Shown here: positions 1 to 12,592 of the stretch, one piece after another | How the letters are laid out: every line of letters begins with the position of its first letter | How positions within the stretch are numbered: position 1 is the stretch's first letter | DNA from: Octopus vulgaris | Lineage: Eukaryota | Reading direction: 5' to 3' | Length of the DNA: 64,000 nt | NCBI GenBank assembly: GCA_951406725.2 | Contig: OX597821.1 | Span: 97,650,001-97,714,000 of the forward strand | Notes under the pieces: generated by a model | Seen by the model: the letters and a program-made list of their open reading frames with translations, nothing else | What the model was told of the DNA's origin: nothing | Databases searched by the model: none | Translations under genes and position numbers: made by a program

Positions 1-8
1 AAGAAAAA

Positions 9-56
9 GTCTTACAACTGTTTCTGGGATATTTTATATATCCCTTCATCAGAGAT
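9..56 (-). ncRNA. Type I hammerhead ribozyme-like motif, canonical core
   Basis: Minus strand reads (A)TCT-CTGATGA-A-GGGATAT ataaa ATATCCC-A-GAAAC-AGTT-GTA-AGAC: stem I, CUGAUGA, 7-bp stem II, GAAA, short near-palindromic stem III, GUA triplet. Confidence 0.8.
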
Positions 57-142
57 CGTGTGAGAAAATGTTTGAGTATTAATTATTTTCTGTATTTCAT
101 ATATTCTCTATAATAATTAATACTCAAACATTTTCTCGCACC

Positions 143-190
143 GTCTCTAATGAAGGGATATATAAAATATTCCGGAAACAGCTGTAAGAC
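143..190 (+). ncRNA. Type I HHR-like motif, inverted partner of 9-56, core mutated (CTAATGA)
   Basis: GTCT-CTAATGA-AGGGATATATAAAATATTCCG-GAAAC-AGCT-GTA-AGAC. Arms ~3-86 and ~113-196 form an inverted repeat. Confidence 0.7.
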
Positions 191-405
191 TTTTTCGTTT
201 ACAGCCTTGGATTTTTTATCTCATTTTGTCAAGTTATATATATGCATGCTAATACATGACCCACATTGGACTCCTCACTTGAATCATTATCGAACCTGGA
301 GCTTAACTATGGTCTATCCATTCATAGACAAGGATATATGGCTGTTACTTAGTGTTACCTGCCACCTTTTGGTTCTTCTTGACAACAATATCTTTCATAC
401 CCTAT

Positions 406-444
<39 letters not shown>

Positions 445-452
445 TACATATA

Positions 453-650
453 CAGGGTTGGTCAAAAGTCACCTAACAGTAAATCAAAACCATTTAATTC
501 CAAGATTTATTTATGTTTAATGAGACTTTGCTAATAAATAGACGAATGTTGAAAACTCACAGCATTCATAATTGGAATGAATAAATAAAACTGAATTTTA
601 AGTTTTTATGGAATTTTGATATACTGTCGGCTGACTTTTGGCCAACCCTG
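453..650. mobile_element. Tc1/mariner-type MITE (~200 bp)
   Basis: TIRs CAGGGTTGGTCAAAAGTCA / TGACTTTTGGCCAACCCTG, flanked by TA on both sides. Confidence 0.8.
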
Positions 651-689
651 TATATATATATTTCCTTCCGGTCTTTCAAAATGTGACCG

Positions 690-875
690 CTTGTGTACCG
701 TTGGCAATTATTTTCCACTGTCTTCCCTTCTCTGGATCTTTCCTTCTCCTATGTTTCCAACGAAGAGCTCCGCTCAAAACGTTAAACTTTCCTTCTTTCC
801 TGAGCGTCCAATAATACTATATTTGTTCCACGTCCTCGTGTTGTGTTTTTTGTGCTTTCTTGTTTGGATTAACTT
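690..875 (+). mobile_element. Short (TA)n-flanked element with minimal HHR-like motif (753-787); same family as 40441-40640 and 42968-43146
   Basis: GTTT-CCAACGA-A-GAGC tcc GCTC-AAAA-CGTT-AAAC. Flanks are nearly identical to the two other copies. Confidence 0.65.
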
Positions 876-1989
876 TATATATATATATATATATACCACA
901 CACACATGCACATACACACATGCAAAAACACACACATTCATATATATAGATGTGTATATCAATTCAATTGTTGTAGGTGTCTGTTAGTCATTAAAAAGAC
1001 ACATAAACTGTTGTGTACATTTTAGCTTTATGATTATTTTATAACAATAATTATATTCTTATTTTCACTGGAAGTTATTATATTTATTGTGCAATAACAA
1101 TAGATATTTAAAATAATGATAAGAGGTATTATTGTTATAAATAATAATAATAATAATGGTTTTTGCATAACACAAATATTCATGACTATAATGACATTGT
1201 TAAGATGCAATTATTGGACAAATTTGTGCATGTAACATACATACAGGGTGTTTGGACTAAATTTGACAGTTTGCATAAAAGGAAAAGAATACATAATATC
1301 CCGTCCAAAGATTGAAGTATTGAAAAAGAAATATCGATTAGATTATTGCTGGGAGATAACAGTTTACTCAAAGAAGCCACACTCAGCTTCCACTTCAGTC
1401 TCAAGACAGCACTTTGAATCTGGTGCATGTAATCCTTATTGCGTCCCTGAGGAAGTCAGCAAAGATCTCCTTGATGCTGGTTGCCAGTTTGACCTTGATG
1501 TTGCAGGCAGAGTGGCTGGTGTCTCTGCACTTCACACATAGTGATCCATGGAATTACAGTTGGGGAAATTAGGAAGCCAGAAATTGATACTGGTGAAGTT
1601 GGAGCTATTTCTCCAGCAAACATTTTTGACTCTTTCTTAAGTTATGGTTAGGAGCAGAATCTTGTTGCTACACATATGACCTTCCAGTAGCAACCCTCTC
1701 CAGCCATGGATTGACTACAGTTTCCAGTAGTTCCACCGCCACGTTCCCTTTGGTTGAGAGGGGACTTTGCACTAGCCACAGATGTGGTTAGTGGCTCTCA
1801 ACAGGTTGTCCTGTAGGAACCTCCAGTTGTCCTCTACATTATGTGATGCTATATCCTCCTCTTTTTCATCAAAAGCTTCAAGTATTTTGTATCTAAATCT
1901 CTGTCCATTCAGAGGATCCTTAAGCTTTCAGACCCTTCTTTTCCATGCTGGTCGTCTTCTGGGAAGCCATTTAGCCCTGATCCTGAAGT

Positions 1990-3295
1990 TGCTAACTATT
2001 AACATATGTTGTGGGGTGCATTCTTCACCTGGGAATATTTTGGCATTTAATTTATGTTTCTTTAAATCGTTTAAACATATATTTAATCCAATGTGGACAT
2101 CTCATAGCCTGTTTTCGTCTAGTGTTTATAATAGTATATTTAGAAAGAAAATTTGGTATATTTCTTCCACACCAAAGTTACATCTATTATTGCCTATTCT
2201 ATAAGGTTTTGCTTTACTAGTAATTTCCCAAGCACTCAAAAATACTTTGTTACTATCTTATAGTGCCCAAATTAACTTCCTAATACCAGTAGTATTCATT
2301 TTGTCTCTATTTCTAAACGAATTTAAATTATTGGCAATTCTCTGCTTAATATAACATGAGCTAGCTCCTATATAGAAATATTCCCTATTCTCTGGGGTAA
2401 TCTTACATCTGTATACAATGTTTTTATGTTTCAAGCAGAAAGACCCTGTACCTTACACAGTCACAACTAATAGTTCTAGAACTTCCATCATCATCCACTT
2501 CATCTACTCTAGATGTGATTTTTGTATTCTCCTGCCTTTCTGCTAAGCTATCAGTCCTCTCAACAGAGAAAACACCCTGAGCACTTTGCCCTTTAGGATT
2601 CATATCCACTACTTCCAGGCCAACTGTGGATCTCCCTCGGGGTCTCTTCAACTATGTTGGTTGTCAAACCATAACTCCTATCCTGATACCCAGCTGTGTC
2701 ACCCACGTTGACATTGAGTCTATGTTTTTAAAGAACCTTAAGAAATTTTTCCTATATTTTTCTTTGTCCCAGTTTGAGGAGTTAAACAGGGTGAAAAGTG
2801 CATCATCTCTGTAGAGGCCTCCTCCTATTTCTAGGAGTTCTTTATACAGGTGGAATAAAATGTACATCCCTACTATGTCTGTTGCCTGTGCAGACTCTGC
2901 TGATCCCATAGTTATATCGAATATCTTTTGTCTGTCCTTTCTCACCCAGTACTCTTCCTCAAATTTTATAATTGATTTCCTAGCTGCTAAAATAATATCT
3001 ACTTCTACTCTAGTAAGTGCTAAGTTTCTCATAACAAAAATGAGTGCCTTATTTAAGAGGAGAGGATTAATTGAAGCATAATAGTTAGATATGTCGATTT
3101 GCATGAATCTTGTCTTGTTTTTATCTGGGATTTTAGTAAACCAGTCAGTTTCCTTATATGAACTAGACCATAGTTTAAGCTTAATGACATTCTTAGTTGT
3201 GAGTATGTACTTACCTATGATAAGCTTATCCTACCAAGGTCTGATTTAGAAGGGCAGATGAGTCTAACAGTAGGGTTAGTGTAAAAGTTATATAT
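1990..3295 (-). mobile_element. Degenerate Penelope-like retroelement ORF (RT + C-terminal GIY-YIG endonuclease; Naiad-like motifs)
   Basis: RT motifs RLICPSKSDLGRIS, QIDISNYYASI, FDITMGSAESAQATDIVGMYIL and GLYRDD (ORF 2664-3104). Downstream on minus: CDC...NIVYRCKITPENREYFYIGASS (GIY-YIG) and WEITSKAKPY...RCPH. Frameshifts and an internal deletion are present. Confidence 0.85.
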
Positions 3296-3297
3296 AT

Positions 3298-3950
3298 AAT
3301 GAAATTGATAAAGATCAGGAGAATGGAGATTTGCACATCCAAGTTTTATTATACAGTTAATTACATCATTCTTCATCAAGACATACGCACATTTCCTCTG
3401 CAAGCCACTGCACATTGTTAAGTGTGTATCTCAGTGTTTAGTATTGGTGCAACTTCATCAGGAAAGCAACAGACCCATAGTTTAATAATTGTAATAACAT
3501 TAACAAACCAAAAATTAATTGGAAAAATTTTTTAAAAATAAGAATACTATTGTACATTAGTAGAATGATGGCAAGCAAGGATTTGAATTAAGAACTTGCA
3601 GGAACATACAAGAACATTGGCTTACTTTAAGACCAAATGTAGCAATAAATTCCTGACTAACTAGGGTAATATAAAGATCAAGAGATTTGTGATTATTTAT
3701 AGTAGCTCTAACACTAGATAAGGGAATAATTTTGGTCAAGCTCATACTACCTTCAGATGATATCCGATTAGTAGTGATAATAGACTCTGATGAAGTTGCA
3801 CCGATAATTAACACCAACTGCACACTTAACAGTGTGCAGTGGCTAGCAGTGGAAACACACATAGGTCTTGACAAAGAATGATGTCATAACTGTATAATAA
3901 AACTTAGATTTGCAAATCTCCATTCTCCTGATCTTTATTAATTTCATTAT
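3298..3950. repeat. Inverted pair of PLE pseudo-LTRs (3298-3462 / 3786-3950), each with an HHR-like motif
   Basis: Arms are diverged reverse complements. Plus copy 3783-3867 reads GACT-CTGATGA-[long stem II including hairpin CTGCACAC/GTGTGCAG]-GAAAC-ACAC-ATA-GGTC. Minus copy 3380-3461 ends GAAA-TGTGC-GTA-TGTC. Confidence 0.7.
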
Positions 3951-4577
3951 TTTTTTTATCTATGGAAACTATGCAATCCTTATAAGGACATTTGGATCTA
4001 CCAAGTGAGTATTAAACGAGTATAGTAAATTTTAACTAACTTCAGTTTCATCGACATTCACTATGGCTAGCCAGCATTGACAACTGATAAGAGTGAACAC
4101 TATATCTGCTAGGATTATATATCCCTCAAAACCATTTTCAAAATACACACGAACTCACACACACACACACACACATATTGCGATCAAATCTCCTGCAGTT
4201 AACCTGGGATCCCTTGACAACAATGTAACTTTTATTTGACTAAGGTATAATCCTTATTTGGCAAAGGTATAATCATCACTATCAGCATCTTAACTTCCAC
4301 TTTTCCATGCTTGCAAGGAGGCAGATATATCTATATCAATGTGCCCCTTGTGTTGCTGGGTTCACATGTTTCTGAGCAACATTATAATCCCCTTGTCTGA
4401 CAAGCAACAAATAATTTGGACATAGTTATAAGCCTTTTTGCTTACAAAGATCACCCAACTTGTGAAGATATATCGAGAAGCCTGGACATGGTTTTGTGGC
4501 TGACTGCAAACAAAACGATCACCATTTGATAGTTAGACTTGTTTGCATTGTGGATAACAAACACGTTACACAAGGAG

Positions 4578-4624
<47 letters not shown>

Positions 4625-5352
4625 TCTCAGTAGTTCATATATCCCAAAAAGAAGCACACTCTAAAGCATCAGAGCAGTAATATATTATTTTAGGAAGTTA
4701 AAAGTTATGGTTGGTCATAGAGTGACCATTGGTTTTGAACTTATAAAGTGCTTGGTGGTGTAAACGAGTGGTCATTCTATGACCAGCCATAACTTTTAAC
4801 TTTCTAACATATCTATGTATGTATATCTCTTATGATAAAAGGCAGATTTTCTCTGCCTGTTCCCATGTTTCTTTTTAATACAATTCTACAATATAGAATT
4901 TCTTCAGTTTGTTGATGTAAACCCTCTCTTTTAGGTATCTCCACAAGAAAAAATCTGGGCTAGTCAATTCTGGGGAACACGAAGGCCAGTTGACATTGGC
5001 GTAGTGGGAGATTATTCTCTCTCCAAAGCACTGCTGTAGGAACTGCATTGCTTCTCTTGCATTATGAGCAGTTGCTTCATCTTGCTGGAACCATGTGTGA
5101 GGTCCATTTTGAATGGCATAAAAAGGTCTTAATCATGGATACCTGAAAGAGAGGGTTTATGTCAGCAAACCGGAGACCCTGGTGCAACTGAAGAAGAACA
5201 TCAAAAGAGAAATCAGAGAAGTGGGGTCTGAAACTCTTGAGGGGGTTATGGTGTAAATTTTGGAAAGAGCATGAGCATGTAAAGCTGAAAATGGCTGCCA
5301 TTTAAACGATGTCATTTTTCATATGTTAAGTAGTGGTGTTGCAAAATTTGAC

Positions 5353-5738
5353 TTACTCTTTTACTTGTTTCAGTCATTTGACTGCGGCCATGCTGAAGCA
5401 ACTTGACCGCAGGACTTATTCTTTTTGTAAGCCCAGTACTTATTCTATCGGTTTCTTTTGCCGAACCGCTAAGTGACAGGGATGTACACACCAGCATCGG
5501 TTGTCAGGCGATGTTGGGGGGACAAACACAGACACACAAACATATACACACACATACATATATATACATATATACGACAGGCTTCTTTCAGTTTCCGTCT
5601 ACCAAATCCACTCACAAGGTATTGGTCGGCCCAGGGCTATAGCAGAAGACACTTGCCCAAGATGCCACGCAGTGGGACTGAACGCGGAACCATGTGGTTG
5701 GTAAGCAAGCAACTTACCACACAGCTACTCCTGCGCCT
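5353..5738 (-). mobile_element. SINE family A (tRNA-like head, internal TA/TG microsatellite, AAAAGAGT tail)
   Basis: A-box-like TGGCTGTGTGGT and B-box-like GGTTCAGTCCC in the family consensus. More than 10 near-identical copies in the window. Confidence 0.85.
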
Positions 5739-6394
5739 TGTGCATATTAATTTTGATTATGTCCTTTATATTGTATCACAATTTCATGCATTTCAGTGGC
5801 AGGTTGTAAAAGGGAGAGTAACTTTCCCCCTCTGGGGTGGCACCTTGGGCAGGTGCTAGTAGTCCCTTAGCCTCCCATGCAAGGGATACAATTAAGGTGT
5901 CCAGCAGCAGGGCGTTGGATAGCCAACAAGGTGGAGGAGTTCTAGACCAGTGGCTTGAAGATTATAGTGACCAACTGGAAGATCTGTACCATCAGACAAT
6001 GATTGGGTATTATCTAGTGAGTGATCTGCTACTTCAGAGCAACCTCATCATTGACCAAGCTCATTGCACTCTTGTTAGCAAGAGCTCTGCACACAGGCAG
6101 CTTGCAGCTGATGGTCGCAGTTAGTGCTGAACCCTGAGCACCAGCAGGGTAAGGCAGTGGTGAATAGAACAGTCAGCTTCAACCTATGACAGACAACCAA
6201 CTACAAGTACAGCTGGTGTATTTCCCCTTTAACATTTAAACTGGCCATATCTGGCCAAAATATTTTGCCCTTTTTATATTCAAACTAGTCAGATCTAGCC
6301 TTTCACACTTAACCTACAATGTCATTCCAAGAGTATACAAACACTTCATCAAAAATTCAAAGCTATGAGATAATGTATGATTAATTCAAAACAA

Positions 6395-6776
6395 TAGGTG
6401 CAGGCATGGCTGTGTGGTAAGAAGTTTGCTTCCCAACCATATGGTTTTGGGTTCAATTTCACTGTATGGCACATTGGACAAGTGTCTTTTACTATACCCT
6501 CGAGCCAACTAAAGCCTTGTGAGTGGATTTGGTAGACAAACTGAAAAAAAAGCCCATTGTGTGTGTGTTTTTGTGTCTGTGTTTGTCTCACCACTTGGCA
6601 ACAGGTGTTGGTGTGTTTACGTCTCTGTAACTTAGCGGTTCAGCAAAAGAGACCTATAGAATAGGTACAAGGCTTTAAAAAATATAAGTCCTGGGATCAA
6701 TTTATCTGACTAAAACCCTTCAAGATGGTGCTCCAGCATGGCCACAGTCAAATGACTGAATAAAGAATAAAAGAAT
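6395..6776 (+). mobile_element. SINE family A, diverged copy
   Basis: Colinear with 24681-25087. Confidence 0.8.
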
Positions 6777-7405
6777 ATTAATAAATAAGCACTACATTTG
6801 ACAGAGTAATCTGAATGCTAAACATGGTGCAGATGGCGGTGCACACACCAGGTTTTTGTAACCTCCAAGGCTTTATCAGGTTTCAAATCACATAAAAATA
6901 TTTCATGTTCTGTAATACAATGTTCCTTGTAGCAAACTGAACTTTTACCTAATGATATATCTGGGTCATTTGGCCAAAATGGTGATAATTTTCATAACCA
7001 TTACATTCATAGGGGTTGATTAAAAATTTTCTAGAGAAAGTGGAGAACCAGCAGCCGCAATGATAAGAAGTTTCATAAGGAGCTGGTTCAAATAACACAT
7101 GCTGTACTGTTGTGTTCAGATTATCATTGGTCATCGTTCCAGTTGACTTTGAAGATCATTGTGGTGGTATAAAATAAAAACTGATCAAAGATGTAAATAA
7201 AGTTGACCAAGTTAAGGTAAGAAATATAAGCAGTTAAATATGGTAGTTAAGGAACAACAGAAATAGAATGTCCAAGTGAATAGAATTTCAAAGAATTACA
7301 AAAAAAATACAATTGGTGTGGTAGGTAAAAATTGTTCATTCACAAAAAAAGTTTGTTACAAACAATGTTTGCAAATTTGCATGAAACAATGAGACAAATT
7401 TTCTT

Positions 7406-7632
7406 GCACGTAAAAAGCACCATCCGATCGTGGCCGTTTGCCAGCCTCATCTGGCACCTGTGCCGGTGGCAAGTAAAAAGCACCCACTACACTCATGGAG
7501 TGGTTGGCGTTAGGAAGGGCATCCAGCCGTAGAAACATTGCCAGATCAGACTGGACCTGGTGCAGCCTTCTGGCTTCCCAGACCCCAGTTGCACCGTCCA
7601 ACCCATGCCAGCATGGAAAGCGGACGCTAAAC

Positions 7633-7680
<48 letters not shown>
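7406..7680 (+). mobile_element. Repeat family B: retroposon 3' end with (GAT)n tail
   Basis: GGCGTTAGGAAGGGCATCCAGCCGTAGAAAC ... CATGGAAAGCGGACG-(GAT)n, about 8 copies in the window. Confidence 0.8.
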
Positions 7681-7681
<1 letters not shown>

Positions 7682-7789
7682 TGCTCATGATATAAATACA
7701 ATAAATATTTTAAAAAATGGAGTGTGATCTGTTGAGTAGAAAATACCAAGTTATTACATTACATATTACATTATATGTATCTATGTATC

Positions 7790-7965
7790 TAGGGAGAATT
7801 CACAAAAAATTGAAAGATGAAGACAGGTGGTGTAGACAACAAACAGATCTATTAGTATAACGCTTGGGAAGTGAAAAAGTCTTTAATGTTTCGAGCCTAT
7901 GCTCTTCCACAGAAAGGAACACAGAAAGAAACAAGGAGAGAAAATAAAGAATGTGTAGTGGCTAG
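7790..7965 (-). mobile_element. Short element with minimal HHR-like motif (7880-7917), A6U core
   Basis: Minus: CCTTT-CTGTGGA-A-GAGC atag GCTC-GAAA-CATT-AAAGA. Same family at 20890-21055, 26195-26378 and 27085-27265. Confidence 0.65.
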
Positions 7966-8136
7966 TGGTACATATGTAAATAGATAAAGATAGATATGGC
8001 TGGTCTATGGGGTTACCCTGAGTATCATGTCAATAAAATGCTTAGCTTTACAGCTTTTCTTCAGACCCTAGCCTTATGGACTCTCTAGCAAGTGGCATCC
8101 CTATGTATGTATATAATATGTGTGTGTGTGTATATA

Positions 8137-9369
8137 TCAGGTCATCCCATAAGTTCTGTCTGATTTTACCTTTTTTATAATTGAATGAAATTTTATAGTA
8201 TTTTGGAATGTCTAATGGAATTTAAAACTATTTTTATGCATTTGTGTACATTTAAACCAATTAGATATTATTTTACAGAATAACAGAATTAAAATTTCTT
8301 TGATTAAAACCCTTTCTAACATGGAAGTATCCAAAGAGCATTTGAGGCACATAATCCTTTATGAGTACAAAAAGGAAACTCTGCAGCTGAAGCGACTCGA
8401 AACATACACTCAGTTTATGGGAAAGAATGCTTGAATGAAACTTGCAGAAGTTAGTTTGCAAAATTCAGAAGTGGAGATTTCAGCCTTGAAGATGATTGAA
8501 CAGGACGTCCTATTGAGTTTGATGATAAGCTCCTTGAGACATTACTTGAAGAAAATCCGGCATTATCAGTTGAAGAATTGGCAATAAAGCTTAGTTCAAA
8601 CCATACAACTGTTCATCATCTTTTACAGCTTCTTGGAAAGGCTCCTAAACTTGGAAAATGGGTGCCTCATGAATTGTCTGAAAGCAACTGCAAATCTCGA
8701 GTTGATATCTGCTCTTCTCTCCATTCTCGCGAACTCATTTCACCCATTTTGGATAGACTTGCGACTGGTGATGAAAAATGGATCTTCTATCAAAATGTTA
8801 ATCATTGTAAACAGTGGCTTGGTAAAAGAGAAAAAGCTCAACCACAACCAAGAAGGGAACTTCATGGGAAAAAGTTTCCTCTCTCTATCTGGTGGAATTG
8901 TTACCACCTAATGCAACAATCAATGCTCAAGTCTATTGTCAGCAATTAGAGCATTTGAACCAAGCTTTGAATTGTAAAGGAGTGACGTTTCATCAGGACA
9001 ATGCATGACCCCCACACTGCAAAGATCACATCACAGAAGATCAAAGAGCTTGGTTGGGAAAAAATTCCTTATCCATCTTATTCTACCAACCTTGCTCCTT
9101 CAGACTACCATTTGTTTCGTAGTTTACAGAATCATTTGGGGGACACAACTTTCACAAGCCAGGAGGAGGTTGAAACTGACATTTCATAGTTCTTTACTTT
9201 GAAACCAAAAGAGTTTTACATTAATGGGATTAAAAAGTTTGTAAACAGATGGAAGGAAGTCATAGATAATCAGGGAAAGTACATTGATGATTAAATTTCA
9301 ATTAAATATAGCATTTGATCACTTGTTTTCTTTATTTAAAATTTGGACAGAACTTATGGGATAACCTGA
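8137..9369 (+). mobile_element. mariner DNA transposon, near full length, transposase disrupted (8321-9293)
   Basis: TIRs TCAGGTCATCCCATAAGTTCTGTC / GACAGAACTTATGGGATAACCTGA with TA flanks. Motifs WVPHEL, TGDEKW, HQDNA and YSTNLAPSDYHLF. Stops and frameshifts. Confidence 0.95.
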
Positions 9370-9493
9370 TAAATACACACACGCACACACATTTATATCA
9401 GCCCATGCCAGCATGGAAAATGGATGTAAGATGGTGAGGATGATGATGATGATGATGATGATGATATATATATATATATATGTATATATATAA

Positions 9494-9789
9494 AGGCGCA
9501 GGAGTGGCTGTGTGGTATGTAGCTTGCTTATTAACCACATGGTTCCAGGTTCAGCCCCACTGTGTGGCATCCCGGACAAGTGTCTTCTATATATATGTGG
9601 CATCTTGGACAAGTGTCTTCGTATATATATATATATATATATACAAGTGTGTATGTATGTATGTTTGTGTGTCTGTGTTTGTCCCCACCACCATCATTTG
9701 ACAACCAATGCTGGTTTGTTTACATCCCCGTAACTTAGCGGTTCAGCAGACGGACTGATAGAATAAGTACTAGGCTTACAAAGAATAAG
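9494..9789 (+). mobile_element. SINE family A, rearranged copy
   Basis: Head and 3' body match family A, with an internal duplication of TGTGGCATC..GGACAAGTGTCTTC. Confidence 0.75.
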
Positions 9790-11160
9790 ACATTAGGACC
9801 TTCTTGTTGAAAAGGTTAAATTATAATGTCAAATCTGATTAAATGATTTCTGAGCCCGGCTAACTGTGATTAAGGACATTTCATCCTTGATCTTCCAATC
9901 ATATTTTTGCTAGAATCAACTTATTGACATGTATTGCTACTTTTAAGTTGGTAGGGTGTGATTTGAGTGATTTGACTGCTATTTCTAATGTTTGTACGAG
10001 AAGTAAAGCTTCTGTGTTTGTTCATAGTCGTTCTAACTGTTGTTATGTTGCCCTAGACAGCTCTAGCCAGTTATCCTGTGAAACAAGTAATTATCTGAAT
10101 GACCCTCAAATATCATGTCTCTGCCTACTTATGAGCATACCACACACATGATGAAATATACAGTCTGACACTCGGGACATATTTAGATTCTCTCCTTTGG
10201 CTAGTTCATTTCTATACATTCATATATTCTAGTGATGGTAGTTTAGCTGTACCAGTGTAAAGTTTCTCGTGGTTTTATTACAGAATTTTTCATACCATTA
10301 TATAACGTGTTGCGTGTTCACTTTATTCCACTGCTAAATAATACTGCAGACAAAAAAAAAACCATGTCCTGTATAGTTCATCCATTGTTTGGATAATTCA
10401 GCTCTGGCTGTCATTGATTACGTGTGCTTCATTATAACAGCAGGAAATACCATGTCTTGTTTTCCTGAAAATTCTCTCACACCTCTGCAAATAAAGGTTT
10501 TGTTAACTCAATATATAGGTGGACATGGGCTCCAGTGATGGTTTAGGTTAGTTGTTTTAGAATGTATTACGCACAACATGATTGGATCCAAGAACCATAT
10601 CCCACACAATATTTAACCATTCAAAATACAGGACTCAACCAAATGTTCCAAACTCACATGATAGATAAGATGACCAGTCATTACAGATTAGTGTGTTGAG
10701 CCTATAAAAAGCTAGTGGACTCCAATATGCCGTAATAGAAATTGGTCTCGCTACAGCAGCATAGAGCAAGGACAAGTGAATGCAATCAGAGTGCAACAGT
10801 TGCTGTTCTTTTACGCATATTTTTGATGGTGTGTATTCTTAGAACCTAGTTGTTCCATCTATCCCACTGAATACTAAACTGGATCAAACTATAGCACAGT
10901 TATGAAATGTGCACAGATCATGTGTACTTAATATTAATCTAATTAATCTAATTGTAACCCTTAATAAGTAGTGATTTTATTGAGGAAGATTTGACTGTTA
11001 CTTTGGAGAACCAAGCTACTACTTATATCTTCTATCTCTGACTAATGTGACCCTTATTATAAACACAGTAGGGAGTTCATTGAGAGTGATTTGGTTGAAT
11101 CAGTAAGGTCAAGTAACTATATTAGAAGCTCTTTCACTATTTGATATGGGCCTTGTTTAA

Positions 11161-11385
11161 CCCTTTTGTTACTAACCCGGCCAAAACCGGCTCTGGCTCT
11201 GTAGTACAAATGTCTTGTTTTCATAAGTTTTGAAGTAAAATATTCCACCAAGCCTTAGTCACAATTTACTTTCCTAACACTAGCTGAATGATAACTAAGT
11301 TGTTTTTTTTTCTAAATTCTTTGTTATATTTAAAATAATTGAAAGAAACACAGAGCATCTCAAAATAAATACAGTAACGAAAGGG
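11161..11385. mobile_element. piggyBac-type MITE
   Basis: TTAA-CCCTTTTGTTACT ... AGTAACGAAAGGG-TTAA: TTAA target duplication and CCC/GGG termini. Confidence 0.8.
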
Positions 11386-12113
11386 TTAAAACAGCAGAAG
11401 TGAGATATACTGAGGAAGATACAACTACTATATTTAGTTGGTAATATAACTACATGTAAATGTGGTGAGCCAGCAGAAATGTTAGCATGCTGGGCAAAAG
11501 GCTTATGGTCATTTCGTCTGTCTGTATGTTCTAAGTTCAAATTCCGCCAGGATCAACATTGCCTTTTAACTGTTCAGTGTTGATAAAATAAGTACCAATT
11601 GAGCTCTGGGGGTCAACATAATTGACTTACACCCTCCCCTCATGTGCCAAAATTTGAAACTAATATGTCTACACATAAGCTCCTTCACTGGTTCAACCCT
11701 GATCAAATAGATTTATGACTTATTCCAAACATGACCATCCTGTTTTTACCTATGCACAGAAAACCAGGAACCACATTAGTCAACATATCTTTTTTTTAAG
11801 GGAGTAGGGTTTGATTGGAAGATGATTTTGCTGTTATTTCTAGCAGATTCAATAAACACAGAGTTTCATTCAGTTCAGTATAATTTGCATTGAAGCATAC
11901 AATATTTCTGTCACTTCACCTATCAACAGTTCAACACCAGATATTGACTCTCAAGGGTGAAATACTCAGTATTTAATGGCATATCATTGTATTTCAGTTA
12001 TTAAAATACTACATTGGCTTCTAAAACACAAATGACAGCAAGACCAACAACAACTACAATGAGGACAACAATAAATCAATATTATTACAGTGGGTGGTAT
12101 ACACATTATATAA

Positions 12114-12592
12114 GGCGGTGAGCTGGCAGAATCGTTAGAACGCCGGGCGAAATGCTTAGTGGTATTTCGTCTGCCATTACATTCTGGGTTCAAAATCCGC
12201 CAAGGTCGACTTTGCCTTTCATCCTTTCGGGGTCGATTAAATAAGTACCTATTTCTTTACTACCCACAAGGGGCTAAACACAGAGAGGACAAACAAGGAT
12301 AGACAAAGGGATTAAGTCGATTACATCGACCCCAGTGCGTAACTGGTACTTGATTTATCGACCCCGAAAGGATGAACGGCAAAGTCGACCTTGGCAGAAT
12401 TTGAACTCAGAACGCAGTGGCAGACGAAATACCGCTAAGTATTTCGCCCGGCGTGCTAACAATTCTGCCAAGCTCGCCGCCTGATTAAATAAGTACCAGT
12501 TACACACTGGGGTCGATATAATTGACTTAGTCCGTTTGTCTGTCCTTGTTTATCCTCTCTGTGTTTAGCCCCTTGTGGGTAGTAAAGAAATA
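12114..12592 (+). mobile_element. SINE family C with a second family C copy nested antisense (12250-12482)
   Basis: tRNA-like head GGCGGTGAGCTGGCAGAATCG...GGTTCAAAATCC. Inner copy flanked by 15-bp TSD GATTAAATAAGTACC (12235-12249 / 12483-12497). Outer TSD GGTATACACATTAT. Other copies at ~11462, ~32393(-) and 63651. Confidence 0.85.

Noticed and set aside
1248-1541. 97-aa ORF as a possible host exon
   Set aside because: No recognisable domain or convincing splice pair, and it lies just downstream of the PLE.
2100-2480. Selenocysteine (in-frame TGA) recoding in the PLE endonuclease
   Set aside because: No TGA seen at the Cys positions I could read, and this copy is frameshifted and too decayed to test.
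7013-7216. Possible plus-strand exon (cattcatag...AAG|gtaaga)
   Set aside because: Splice-like signals only, with early stops. It cannot be supported without transcripts.
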